A stretch of DNA of 64,000 nt from Tubulanus polymorphus. Taxonomy: Eukaryota; Animalia; Nemertea. This document shows positions 1 through 13,912 of this stretch, piece by piece. Numbering within the stretch: the stretch's first letter is position 1; each line of letters opens with the position of its first letter. The notes beneath the pieces are model-generated. The model was not told the origin of the DNA, searched no databases, and saw only the letters and a program-made list of their open reading frames with translations. Both the position numbers and the translations under genes were made by a program. The stretch lies in NCBI RefSeq assembly GCF_964204645.1, contig NC_134027.1, positions 8,588,485 through 8,652,484 of the forward strand, read 5' to 3'.

Positions 1-121
1 CAATTATCGACAAATCCGCCATTGCTGTTGATATTGTGTAGATCAGAACTGCAATACCGAGAGAATCAGCTGGAATTTCTTGACTTTCAGGACCCGCCAA
101 CGCGTGTAGAACGTTTCAGGA

Positions 122-2578
122 ATGTCTTCACCGAGCCCAGGAAAACGTCGAATTGACACAGATGTCGTGAAGCTGTATCCTTTTTCATGACGACTGATAT
201 ACATCGAATTATCGATCAAAACAAACGAAAATGCATGCATCATTATGTGGTTGGACATTGCCACACTGCACCACTCACTACTGCATACATTATTCTCTGC
301 AATATCGTGCAATATGTTTATCGATGTTTATTGTTTGATTTTCAATGCATTCGATTCAGTGCATCTTTTCTTACGCATTTGGTACATCATTATTGAAATT
401 GACCCTGTATCTATTTTGTCCTTGATTGAGGTGATACAGAAGAAAAATTAGAAGTTGAAAGAAGACAAATTTTGGCAATGTGTCAATTTACAAATATTAA
501 TAGACTATTATTGACATTGTTGTGTGATTTAAACGAAGTACGAGTAACCATGACGATTCCTGCTGTTTGGTTAGGGTACTTATAACAACGTTGCCTTGAA
601 ACTAAATTTGATCAGAGGTCAAAGTTCAATTCGATTTTGATCAGGGGATTAACATTAGGCCTACTGTTGTTATTTATGAGTGTTCGAATGAACTAGCCAG
701 GATGAGGCAGATTTAATTTTGTTCATTTCTGATTTTAGAAAATTATTAGCTGAAATGTATTAGGCCTACTGAGTACTTAAACGACTATTTAAACATTATA
801 AATTAGATAGGCCCTATTATTCTTCAGACCTTCAATCAACGGTAATTGCTCACAGGCATCAAATGCTCAAAATTTTTTCCAATGGCAGGTCCCCCAAATG
901 GACTCCCTAAAAAATCGAAATCCAGCCAAATTCCTCAAGCCTGAATAGATCTTCGAAAACAATGTTAGTTAATGTAACCCCTTGTTGGTCGGAGAATCAA
1001 ATCCATGATGGCACAACTCCAGTCTCTACAAAATTTTTGCCTAAAATACTTACTTGCAAATTGTTAACATTCTTGACTAAATCATTCAGTATTGAAAGTA
1101 AACATGAAGTTACTCTTCTGAAAGGATTGAATGAATTTGTTGTCAAATTTCATGGACCCCGTGGAAGTGAGTGTAAAATAGAAAGAAATTCTGTGAAATT
1201 CTTTTTTTTTCACGATGACAGTTTTTAATGATGATTGATTTTGATTTGTTTTTTAAGCCCCATATGATGGAGGAGTATGGAAGATTCGTGTTGATTTGCC
1301 TGATAGATATCCATTCAAATCACCATCAATAGGTAGGTATACAACGCACTGCATATTCCAATTGGACAATTGACTAAGGCCCTTCCAAGATTTAACGTAG
1401 GGCCTACAACCTGCAGCAAGAGCCTCCAGATTTCTGCACCCCCCCCCCCCAAATTATTAGGTTGGGATGCTCTATGATTATGTTGACTGTATATGTTTAC
1501 ATATTTCTTAACCATCGCTCATGAGTTTCCAAGTCATTGATTACTACATTTGTTCACCAGGGGATGTTGAATATTGAAATTCTCAAGAGTTTCGCCTAGC
1601 AGAAATGGTGTCCCTGTACCCCTAGTTTTAATGTTTATTTCTGTATTTTGGCTTTTCTTTTTTAGGTTTCGTTAACAAAATATATCATCCTAATATCGAT
1701 GAAGCGTAAGTAGTCTTAATGATTCTATTCCGTTTTGATCTAGCCATCTACCTATTTGATGGATATATTTGATGATATTCTGATGGTCTAGATATTGCAA
1801 TCTATTTCAACTTCTACAATGGGGCCTATTTGAAAATTTTTCAGATCTGGGACAGTTTGCCTTGATGTGATTAATCAAGCTTGGACTGCATTGTATGGTG
1901 AGTATGTATGGAACCCCTTGATGGTGAAAATGGCGTAAAGAGGTCCCTGAATTCATCTGGCGACTCTTGATCTTGCATGGCAAAATAGTGCAGTTTCTTT
2001 GTGTATTATGTTTGCAGCTGCATTTTGTGATAAAATCTGCATTTTCTATTTATTTTAGATCTGTCGAATATATTCGAGACGTTTCTCCCACAGTTGTTAA
2101 GTTACCCGAATCCAATCGATCCCCTGAATGGGGACGCGGCGGCCATGTTTCTTCACAAGCCGGAAGATTACAAGAAAAAAGTTGCAGGTTCGTTTTCAAT
2201 TATATATGTGTGCGAAAATTTATTCCTACTTTGTATGTACTCTTGTCTAGGATGTTAACTCTTTCGTTGTGAAAATGATTGAATTTTGGTGTACTGGCGT
2301 CCCTAGGTAAAAAATTCAATTTGTATGTGTACAAGGAGCAATGCCTAGTGCTATACAATACTTATCGACGAGAATGCTTGTTTTACACAGCGAAAGGGTT
2401 AAGAATAGACTAATTTAAAATGAAATTAAAGTGACTCGGCGTTAATTGTTCGTTTTTAGAATATGTCAAGAAATACGCGACCGAGGACGCATATCGAGGC
2501 AGCGATGAACAGTCGTCGTCGAGCGAAAGTTCAATGTCAGACTTTTCAGAGGACGAGGCGCAAGATATGGAATTATAA
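122..2578 (+). CDS. UBE2H: Ubiquitin-conjugating enzyme E2 H (7 coding exons, ~181 aa)
   Basis: Exons 122-174, 1090-1166, 1258-1332, 1666-1705, 1845-1897, 2059-2187 and 2460-2578 join in frame. Translation: [25 protein letters not shown]...[26 protein letters not shown]...[16 protein letters not shown]. This is near-identical to known UBE2H and includes the catalytic Cys in GTVCL. Confidence 0.97.
175..1089 (+). other. U12-type (minor spliceosome) GT-AG intron 1 of UBE2H
   Basis: 5' splice site GTATCCTTTT at 175. Branch-point-like TTCTTGAC at 1070-1077, about 10 nt upstream of the AG, with no long polypyrimidine tract. Confidence 0.88.
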
Positions 2579-5500
2579 CACAGACTCCTGTTACGGCGCT
2601 GTTTATGATACATTAACTACTAAAATACAAACTGGATGATGCCATCACTTGATCCGATTTTTAATCGAAAATGATGATTGTTTTAGCCGTGATGACTATT
2701 TACCCGATGACTAGACGTCCGTCATTTGCACGAATGAAGGAGCGTGTAAAATATGTTGAATTTCACTTCGCGTACATATATTGATTTGATTTTATAAACT
2801 TTATTGACCATGTAGTTCGGTGGTGATGATTACACGTATTTTGTATGTAGAATGATTTTTCCAAGTTGTTCAACCTATCTTGCTATACACGTGTACCTGT
2901 TGTATGCTGTAACCGGGTTTCAATTTTGAAATCGGAGCGTAAAATTCCCGCATAAGATTCCCTGCTGCAGAAATAGTTATCGTTAAAAAATGTCAATTCT
3001 TCCCCTCCAAATTTTTCTAGAAAGTATATAGCGCTTGTGTTTGAACACTATTGATGGAATACGCGCAGAATTCCACACCATTCATACATTAGGTGTGCGT
3101 AATCTAATTTTATGGGAAAGTTTCTATAGCTTCGCTGTAGAAACAAGAATCTGTGAATGAAACATGCTCTTTGTTAATGTTATGTTCATTATCGTCGTAT
3201 TCTGCCAATATTCGATCATGATATTGATAATCAACCGAGGACTTGGAATCATGTTGATTTTGAATTTCTGGCAGTAGTTTTACTGGGCGACTAAAATCTC
3301 AGACAACAGCATTTTGGCTTTGCCAAATATATGTAGATATCATACATGTATATGTAAGTTTTTTACTATGTACACCATACGCATATATTGTCTGTAATAT
3401 ATTGTGAAGATCTTGTGATGGCATCTTTTTAATAAGCGTTTTTATATGAAGAAAAGTAATAAGGAACGACCGCATCAATATGAAAGCCAGCAACCTGTTC
3501 TCAACATGGCTTTACAAAAAATGGATATCCAAACTGTAATAACACTTGTGTAGACACCAGTTAAGTGAGCAATATCGATATGTTCATGGAATTATCATAT
3601 AACTGTGTATGTAACACAGTAAATATCATCGAAGCTGCCAATTTGTACACGTGAAACACAGTGGAAGGCTGAATCCTGTGGATTTGATTAGATTGTGCTG
3701 TTAATGAAGAGCCTGTGATGTAAAAAGCATGCTTTGTGATAAGTTTAGATAGTGACCAATACCAATAATTCATGAATGCTATGGATTTTTGCAGATACAT
3801 AGTTCATCGCATAAACGTGTATAGCGATTTCACAAGTTTTCAGGGTATTTCAGTAAACATTGGTGTAGAATACTGAGAAAAATTCAATATTTTGAACACA
3901 GATTTATGTGTAGATTGATGAACTATGAAAAATTGATGCTTGGCGGTTTTCTGTAGGATGGTATACTTGTAAATATTGTATCATTGAAGATGTTTAATGT
4001 AAAAATCGAAGTAGTTTCAAAGCAATTTTGTTCTACATTTACCAGTCTTGATGATACAGTTTACTTGAATTTTTATAATGCATAGGCACACCCAGGAGCC
4101 ACCAACTACTTCAGCATTAAGATTAAGATATTGCCGAAATATGTGCTCATAATTGTACTTTTTGTGGATGCAGGTCCTAGGTCAAGTTAGCCTCATCGTA
4201 CATGGAAAATGAATAACGAAAACTCCTAAGTCACCTCAGTCGTACCTCTATGAAATTGGGTTTAGAAGCATCTTACTAGGGATATATACTCTTTGTTTTT
4301 TTTTTTTTGTAATATCAATATTACAGATTTTTAAACATTGTTCATGTATGTACTGGCGCATTACAAATGAGTTCATGGATGTACCATACGTATCATATGT
4401 ACCTCATTCTAAGAAGTAATTATATTTATGTATATATATATACATGTAGCTATATATATATATAAAGTTTACATCGTGCATTAATGAAAAATATAGCATT
4501 AAGTCTTTTTTAATTTTCCGTAATTGTCTAACATTGCGAAAAAGCCTCATACAAACATGTATGAAGATGTTGAGGTAATAGAAGGATTGATTAAAAGGAA
4601 TTTCTTTTCTCATCATAAACAATTTGGATCTAAAGTGTTATTTCTATGATCTGAAGAACTTATTGTTATCACATGGACAAGAACAATTACATTGAGAGGT
4701 TTGAATTCTCTGGGAAAGGAGCCATCAGTCTGGTAAGGTCAATAATACAGGCTGCATCCCGCTATCTACGCCAGGTTGTGGTATCAATGCATGTATTGCA
4801 AATGATTTGGTTTTAATCTAAATTTTGATATATTTGGTCTACATAGCTGAGGATGTGCCGCTAAAAGCTTGCTTTGCATAGGAACCTATCCTGCTGATGG
4901 CAAAGGATAGTGTACAGGACTGCATGTGCTTGAGGGGTATGTTTATAGAGTAATCAACCCGATTTTGTTCTCTACATGAAATGTATAACCTTGTAATATA
5001 ATAAAGATTGTATCAGTAAAATGTGTAAATGAAATTTCAAAACTTCTTCATTCAAAGTTGTGATATGGTTTATAACCATTCTTCAATTCCTTGATCAACC
5101 AGACCTCACCAGTGTTATAACGGAGTGGTTTCCAGCTATACTATCAGCTGCATTTAATTCTTGCGTACTTCCTTTCCAATAAATGATTAGAACACCGCCT
5201 CCAAGATAGATATTAAAAGCACAGAAAGCCGATTAACTTTTCATTTATTACAATTTATTTACACTTATTTATTTATAATAATATGTACAAAGAAACGTTC
5301 AAAATTACATAACACCCCCAAAAAATCTGATTCAGTAGAAATTAGATTCAAGGTGACCAAGAAAGGTTGGGTAAAATGAGCACTTAAATGGTGACTGTCT
5401 GCCATAGGTATATGATTATTAAAATACATTATAGCAATCACCTAAAACATTGCATAGAAAGGTTTTGCAAATTCACAAAATTGAGATTTGCAGTTTGGTC

Positions 5501-6292
5501 GTTTAAACAATGCCAGCCTTCAATAATAATTACATACAAGTGGCAATCAATATACAAAACTATCTTACTATATACGAGACAGGTAAAACGTGGAATGACA
5601 GGAAAATATGAATGTTTTAGCAGCAGTATACTCGTAGCTTCAACATTTTAGTTCGTTATATATTGGTAATTGTCGAATGAAATATTGAAGGTATATACAA
5701 ATATGAACAACTGCAACATCAACATGGCATTTTATTAACTTTGCTTATCTCAACGAGTGATTTATGACTGGAAAATTTTGACCAACTTCTTCAAGAAATC
5801 AAGAACGATTATAAATTAAATACACAAACACACACAACTGACTCAACCATCCGACTCATACTAGCTGCCTTTCGAAGAGCATTTCTCGACAAAAAAAACC
5901 TGACATTGAATCGAATGATATCCAATCCTAACTTACAAACATCACGCACCATTCAGTCACTTACAAAATAACGGACATCAAACATCACGATTTCATTCAG
6001 ATACATTCCATTCAGACATTTCATATTTCATCATCGCATTAATGTTGCATTTTATAGAACAATGATTTAACTTATTTCACAACTTCACAAATAAGACACA
6101 AATTCTTGCCTAGTAACTTCGGTTATATTTTTCTTAAACCCTGTGCTGGGTTCCACAGACTGGTATATTAACTTTAACCCACAGGGGCTAGCTCAATTGA
6201 TAATGAATTGAGTTGGTCCCTTCGTTAATACCAGCCTATAAGAGTGTTCCCTAACATTTTTGGCATCGGCCACATTCTCATCCATGTCTTTA

Positions 6293-9200
6293 TTACTTAC
6301 TAATCATCGCGATTTTCTCCGGTATTTTCTCGGTGAACATCTTCTTGATACGTTTTTTCATGCTCCTTTTCGCGACGCCCGTCGAAGAAATGATACTAAC
6401 GTCTGCTGCGCTGCCGCCGCTACGACCGCTCGTATTCTCCTTTTCATTGTCATCGTTTTCATCCTCCTCGGACAATGACAACTCGCTGCTACAAGGCGAC
6501 GAAGAAGTCGTGCTTTCGTTGTCGCTCGAAACGTCCTTATCGATGAAATCCAATTTCTTGTTTTCGCCGAACACGACCCCTTCCCCGATCGAACTCGTAT
6601 CCTCTGAGTTGACGCTCGTATCCGACGGATACGAATCACCCATCGCGACCGACTGCGCTTTATTTTCGAGAATGTTGGCGATTTCGCCGTTCGCTTTGAC
6701 GGCCGCTTGTAAGCACTGTATCCACTGCTTTTTATCGTGTTCGTCGTTTGACTGTAGCGTATGAGAATATCCTTTGCCGTCCTGCGAACTGCATCCCAAT
6801 CGGAAAACATTTTTACCTACAAAGAACAAAATTATGTTAAAACCATGAACTGAAGTAAGTAAATTGTCAATCTGGCTATGCAAATAATTGCAAGGTTAGG
6901 CTGAAAATATTGATACCTTGTTTCTCATTTCTGCCGAGCTTAAAAGTTGATAATTTGATTACAAATTTTGTAATTGCAGTTTGCTAAAGCGACCCGGTAG
7001 ATTATGAGAAACAAGGTATCATTTATCTTAGCCTTAGGGTTAGAGATATCAGAGATCCCCTTGGGTAAAAGAGAAGGAATGAGGGATGAGAGTATCCCAG
7101 GGAAACAGGTTCGAATCCATGGGTGGTATACTGGAATTGCATTCTCTAACCACTTTCCCACAATTGTTATAAAATGAATTCAATGACAATAATTGAACTT
7201 ACTAGCTTGTCCAGCGCCGTACATGTTACGGAATGATCCCATCTTGATTTCGCCATCTTTCACGTCTTCAACAATGAGTTCAGTAACCGGTAACGGGTAT
7301 CGATACACTTGATATACCATACGATCCTGTCGAGTTGCCGGACGTGTCAACACGAGTATCTTATCGAACAGGAATACAGTTAATTTCTACAAAATACAAA
7401 CGACAAAAACTTACATAAATTTCAAAACTATGCAATTTCTTATTTGCGGACTGATATTCATTCATTTGATTAGTTATTAGACGAGAAATGAGCTTCGGCC
7501 TTGTTCAACAAAATACTTACAGTCCCTCGGTTATTACGTAGGATGCCTTCACATAACAGATATCTGACCTCATCGAACAGACTATGTCTCTGTAAAATAA
7601 ATCATAACTTAACCTGATCAAATATTCATCTTAAATTCATCTTCATGACCATACAATGATTATTTAGGGTCCCTACTGATTAGTCATTCTTGGATATAAG
7701 GAGATTTCGAGGAGTTTTAAAGGTGAACATTTCATATTTCGAGGAGTGTCTGTATCACTTTCATATCCCAATTACACAGCAAACTCCTCCTAAATCGGTA
7801 CTGTTTACCTCTTGGTGGTTTTGTGAGCAATCTTTTATCCTTTATAAACCTAAACTTGGTTTCTTATTAAGTACACATGGTAAAAAAATTGAGGTCCCAA
7901 CTGTATCGACTCAGTCTACTGTACAGCAACAAACCAAACAATAATTTCTAATTGCCTATTTCGCAAAATTAAGGGAGTTTTGGGCATTTTGTCCCAATCA
8001 AAATTGTTTTTCACACAAAGTCAAGCGATTTATTTACCTGCTTTTCTTCGATGAAATCCAGTTTACCGATGATGAATTTGCACTTCGCTTCGCCGGTCTT
8101 CTCGTCGACATCGGCGAGGAAGTCCTCGACGATTCGAATCGCCGTGTCCAACAACGCAATATCGCTGTGGTCAGTCGGCGTCAGTTTCTGAATGTTTTTC
8201 AACAACAGCGGGTACTTGACGAGACGATTACGCGGCACGTCGAGAAACGACCACAGATCGAGGCGACGACTGAACGGCGAGTCCTGGCAACGTTGCAAGA
8301 AGTCGTCAACGCGTTTATCCTGACGTTTCGCGTCCAATAACGCCTTCGCGTACACCTGATTAGCACAGTACGGAATATAACAATGCAGACTCGGCAACCA
8401 GTCGATTAGCACCTGACCGATCTGATCGGTCGATCCGTCCGGTTTCCGTTGACCGAGCATGCTCGCTACGAGTTCTGAAATAGAGAATACAACGTAGTTG
8501 TCAACATGTGAATATATCTGAAGAATCAAGCAGCTTCCACGGTTCACACTCTCAAGGAATGTTTGCCCCTGATTCAAGCCTTTTCCAGGGCTTTTTTTAG
8601 ATATTTCATAAGATAGAAAAAGTTCCGAATGGTCGAGATCACCGAAACACTCAGTAAAGGATTGAAGCATATCTTTGCTTTAGCTTGCCCAATGGCAATT
8701 AAGTGCGAGCAGTATATGAAGGGACAATAGCTTTTAGGGAAAAGTCAAAATGAATGTCAAAACAGGTCACTGGTCAATTAGATCCATTATTAAAATTTCG
8801 ATAAGCTACAAGCATTTTGACCTGAACCCCCGAAGACAAATCACTCGATATCAAAACATTACATGTATTTCCCAGCTAGTGATGTTTTGTGCACTTACTT
8901 TCATGTAAAGGTACAAGGGTATCGATTATGCTGAATATTTGAGACAATTCGTCGTCTGTTAATAGTTGCAACTTCTTCATAGAATCGTAATATGTCTGTA
9001 ATATTGAAATCAAGAAACCAATTAAACATGATATAATTCTAGATTAGTTCATTGAGTCTTTGAAAAAAATAACACAAGACAAACTTACCGTTTTGACCAT
9101 TTGTAAATCTTGAATAAGATCTTGTTCGCCTTGGAATAACTCGAATATGGCCTAAAATAGAACAGAATAAATAAAGGATTCATAAAGCAAAATAATAGTA

Positions 9201-12200
9201 GTAATTCATAGCAACCAAATCAAATAGTTAGTAATCAATAGATAAAAAATCTACTTTAGAAACAACTAAAAATGTCAACTGCTGGCCAAAATTTAGTAGT
9301 GAATGGTAAAGGGCTTGTATCGTATCGTTTCGTATCGTATTGGTTACAACCAACGGGAGGCATAATTCTAATGGAATGGAGACTTCTATGAATTTATCTT
9401 AGTTTTAATCATGAATGACATCGGAACGCACGTTTTGTCGTTTTATCTGTAATTCGCTGAATGTAACCGTCACGTCGCCGTCAACTGTTTCCTGCCACAG
9501 TTTGCTAGGACGTCGCTTCGTCGGAGTCGGTTGAGGTTTCTTGTACTGGCTGACGGGTTTCTGCATCGCTGGTGATAGCACATTCTTAAAACTCAAAGAT
9601 CTCTGTGAAGAACGAGAAGATAAAACACATTTACATGGAATGAAAATTGTATTGTAAAATTACAGATATCAATACCTGACGTTATCAAAAATCAATGACA
9701 ATAAAAATCTAATATTGAGCTGTCAGAAAGTTTTTTTTACCTCTAATATCATAATGTATATTCAGACAAGTGTGGCACATGTCTAACTGGTCTGATCTGT
9801 CATCTATGTCACAAACACTAGACTGGGCAACACTTTATCTACACCAAACTGACAATCAATACGAGCTCATTGAGCCATGGACAACTGACCAAAGCTCCTA
9901 GCTTTCCATAATAGAGACATAGTTGGCACCCAAGCTGATCTAATTGCTACATCACAGAGCAAATTTCTGTGCAGACTGTTCTCTAATCAAATTTCTAGTG
10001 ATTGTGTTACACTCTACATGCCAATTGCAACCAGACATTGTAAGCTTTGTTCCAGTAATTAGAGCTTTAACGCGTTCATTGTTTTGGTAACAATGGTCAA
10101 GAGTTAGAGTTGAAGTGTGACACACACACATGTCTCCTGACAGAATGAAAGATTTTGAGTTTAAGATGATTATGAGACTTTTGTTTCGACAGGTACTGCT
10201 GCCAGCTATCATTAATATTAATACCATAAATTTCAGAATTAAGCAGAGAATCCAAGCGTTGATCCACTATTGAAATGTTAAGAGCCTTATCTAATGACGA
10301 GAGCATGGAAATTCAACAATAATTTTAATGCTACGCAACACAATCATATTGGAATTATTAGTTCTCTCAATTTTTATAACCTTGGAGTAATCATAGAATG
10401 ATAACTCCAAGATACAACTAACATTTAGACTGCTAACTCAGCCTGAATTATCAGGATAAGGGCCAAAATATCCATTACAGCTCCTGGCTAAAACTGCTAT
10501 CTAGACTATCATGATAATTCATTCATTTCTTGTCATTAGATTTATACCACCTGTACGAATTACATTCATTACGTACGCACAATTTGTGCTTTATGCTCAG
10601 TGTCTGAATGTATAATTGTAAAATTCCAATCGATACCTCGCATTTAGTACAGCAATCGATCTCTTAAATGTATTAGTCCAATCCGCTGGAACAAACTACC
10701 GAGATCTCTTGAGAATGTCCTGACATTGATATCTTTTAAACATACTTTTTTAGCGAATCCTAATTTTAAAACATAAGTTTGTTCTGGTTGCTACGCAACA
10801 CAATCATATTGGAATTATTAGTTCTCTCAATTTTTATAACCTTGGAGTAATCATAGAATGATAACTCCAAGATACAACTAACATTTAGACTGCTAACTCA
10901 GCCTGAATTATCAGGATAAGGGCCAAAATATCCATTACAGCTCCTGGCTAAAACTGCTATCTAGACTATCATGATAATTCATTCATTTCTTGTCATTAGA
11001 TTTATACCACCTGTACGAATTACATTCATTACGTACGCACAATTTGTGCTTTATGCTCAGTGTCTGAATGTATAATTGTAAAATTCCAATCGATACCTCG
11101 CATTTAGTACAGCAATCGATCTCTTAAATGTATTAGTCCAATCCGCTGGAACAAACTACCGAGATCTCTTGAGAATGTCCTGACATTGATATCTTTTAAA
11201 CATACTTTTTTAGCGAATCCTAATTTTAAAACATAAGTTTGTTCTGGTTTTATTATGCATACTTGGTAATCTCTATACATGTATTGTGTTTCATATTGCG
11301 ATGCACAGAGATTATTTTATAGATCTACGCTATATGATATATCATTATGATTATTATATCATTAATTTGTATTTTGATCAACAGATACTATTAAATAAAC
11401 AACTTTAATCTACAAATTTAGTCAAAGTCTCTATAAATCTCATCTTGAGTTTGATTTTTTCTGGTAGGGTCAGTCATTTTCAGTTTTACCAAGGAAACCA
11501 ACCACCCAGAGAGCGATGACCTCACTGATAACTAACTAGTCTGTTCTGCCTCTCAATAACTCATAGATGAATTAATGACTGGAGCTAATGGGCTAATGGA
11601 AAGGTTACTATTAAATCACCTTATTACACAATACACCAAATAATTACTATGACAAAATCACAGGAGTGATGGAATTCAGTGGTACACTATTATACACTAC
11701 TGGATTAACTTAAGAGAACAACTAAAATTTCTGTCACCTAGACAGAGAGCATCTGTCTATGGAATAATTCAGGATCTCTCAACACAATTCTGGAAGGCCA
11801 CTTCAGTTTAGTTGTAGACCAGACAACATAATCATTGTGGCTAGTTTTTGAGAGAAGTTAACCGTTCAGTTCAAATACATTTCTGCTGAAAATTTTTGAA
11901 ATCACTTTTAAAACTCGCCCTCTCTTCTCAGTCAAAACAAAATTTCCATTTATAATCAAATGATAATTTCTTCGTACCTGCAATGACTGGCTTATCTTCT
12001 TTACTGGTTTCACCGGAGAGAAAATATTCGCCAAAGATGCCACACGTGACAATGACTTCCTCGTCCTTTTTCCGAGAGGCTCCTAAAACAGCAAACAACA
12101 AACAATTGAAATCAGCCTCTAGGTTTATGACTGCTATGGGCGTTACTGCAACAGGAGTCACTTCTACAATTGTCTGTCAGTTAAGTTTGACCCTGCGAAA

Positions 12201-13912
12201 GTTAAATCGTAACCAAGAACTTTGGAACTGCATCAATGGCTTCAATTAAAACTAGTTTCAAAGAACTCATTGATACTATGAATATCAAAACCGATGATAC
12301 ATAAAAAGAATACTTTTAAAATATAATTTTCTCTGTGTTTCAAGTTTTCGTGGGTTTCACATTTCAATTATTTCATTATCTACTCCAAACTATTTGATAA
12401 CAATTTTTGCCTAACAAGATTCAATAAGTGAACAAACTAGATCAAATCTTTACCTTTGTCGACATGTCAAAACTCTGCAGACTAAACGTGTCTTCATCTT
12501 TACGTTTTCGTTTCCTTTGACTCTAAAATGGTAGAGAAAGCAAAACATTTTTTTTTTACATTGTACGTGGCTACCACCAAATAAGATCATCGAGCTACGA
12601 AACGAATCTCAACTCACGACAGATAAATCGAGATCGAGGACGGCAGGACTGAGGAAACCATCTTGACTAAACGAATCCGATCTCATCAATTTAGGCGTCG
12701 AACAACTGCAAAAAGAATAAGACAAATTCTTTGTAAAAGCTATTGAAAAGAAAATCATTATACTCATTTCATACATTTCTACGAATAGCCTACCCGCTTA
12801 AGAACGACTGATTAAGAAGATATAGGTCTTCAATAGATTGAAATGAATCTTCGAATGTCGTCGATAAAAGATCGTAGGACCGGTTCATTTTGGGGTGAGT
12901 AGCATAACAGCCACTTTGAGCACTAAATCTTTAAGATCCACTAGACATCAAGTGATCAATGTAAACAGAATCGATAGTTTATAAAGGGCTAGACTAATTG
13001 GTACTGCACAAATGCTCGCAGTAATTAACGCTTTAATTAATGTTTGAAAGATAACAGAATTTGTCATCAACAAATTAATGACGTTTTGACAGGAGTTTGT
13101 TAGACCAACAAGCCAGACATGTTTATTTCAATTTCAGTCTAGGGCTTAGTAGTCTAATATAATTGATAACTGTTGGTGAGGCGAAAACTATTTACATTTG
13201 CAGACAATGAATCTGGTATTAACGTACAATACAATACAACCATAGATTTGAACCCACCCGCCATGGCACAAGCCCGCTACTCCAAATTATCAAATAAATT
13301 AATTAGCCTACAAGTTGTATCTATATAGTAGACAGCTTCATTAGTGACATGTACAGCGTCAGCAAAAAAAGAACAACTAAGCGCATAATTACAAGTAAAA
13401 CCTGTGAAGAACCCAGCCTCCAGTGAACATGCAACAATTTGAATAAATAAAATAGGCCTAACGTTTCTCATTATTCACTGGAGACAGAGTTTCGGTGAGA
13501 CTGAGACGAGTACACTCATTCATTGCTGGAAAAAAGTTCTCTTTTAGATATTTGACTTCAATTACACTGACTGACTGGCAATGGCATAAGACAAGTGGCA
13601 ATAGCCTACAAAATGTAGCAAAATAATATACAAAAGACCGGCAAGGCAGGCCAAAACAAAGAGAAAAAACATAGCTTACGTCTGCTGGAATTTAAATAGA
13701 GAATTGGAAAAGGCCGAAGAATCGATCAGACAGAATCGTTAAATCATCTATCATCATCTCTCGACTCTCGATCGAAGAAGTCAACAACAACAGACACAGA
13801 CAGAGAGAGGTCAAAAAAGCAACGAGCGAGCGAGATTTACTTACCGTCGCAATAATCTAGGTGATCTGCGACATTTCGGGCTCTCTGACCCAGTAGTATC
13901 CATTCTTAGCAT
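6293..13912 (-). CDS. ARHGEF3: Rho guanine nucleotide exchange factor, NET1/ARHGEF3 family (DH-PH)
   Basis: Approximate exons: 13912-13845, 12706-12619, 12522-12454, 12082-11978, 9603-9432, 9151-9089, 8995-8900, 8474-8038, 7589-7520, 7386-7203, 6816-6293. Motifs: RKRKRKDEDTFSLQSFD..KEP..SRVASLANIFSPV (NET1/ARHGEF3 N-terminus), AIFELFQGEQDLIQDL, SPFSRRLDLWSFLDVPRNRLVKYPLLL (DH) and PH-end KKQWIQCL. The first exon is tentative. Confidence 0.9.
6899..7033. mobile_element. PIF/Harbinger (Tourist)-like MITE, family A, internally deleted copy
   Basis: TTA|GGCTG...GATACCTTGTTTCTCA ... TGAGAAACAAGGTATC...TAGCC|TTA: terminal inverted repeats with a TTA target-site duplication. Related copies at 18557 and 25943. 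Confidence 0.75.
10329..11248. repeat. Direct tandem duplication, 2 x 460 bp, in an ARHGEF3 intron
   Basis: 10329-10788 (TGCTACGCAACACAATC...GTTCTGGT) is repeated at 10789-11248. No differences were seen by eye. Confidence 0.95.

Noticed and set aside
6260-6810. Overlapping ORFs 6260-6478(+), 6333-6764(+) and 6358-6810(-)
   Set aside because: These are antisense or alternate-frame shadows of the GC-rich, low-complexity last exon of the RhoGEF.
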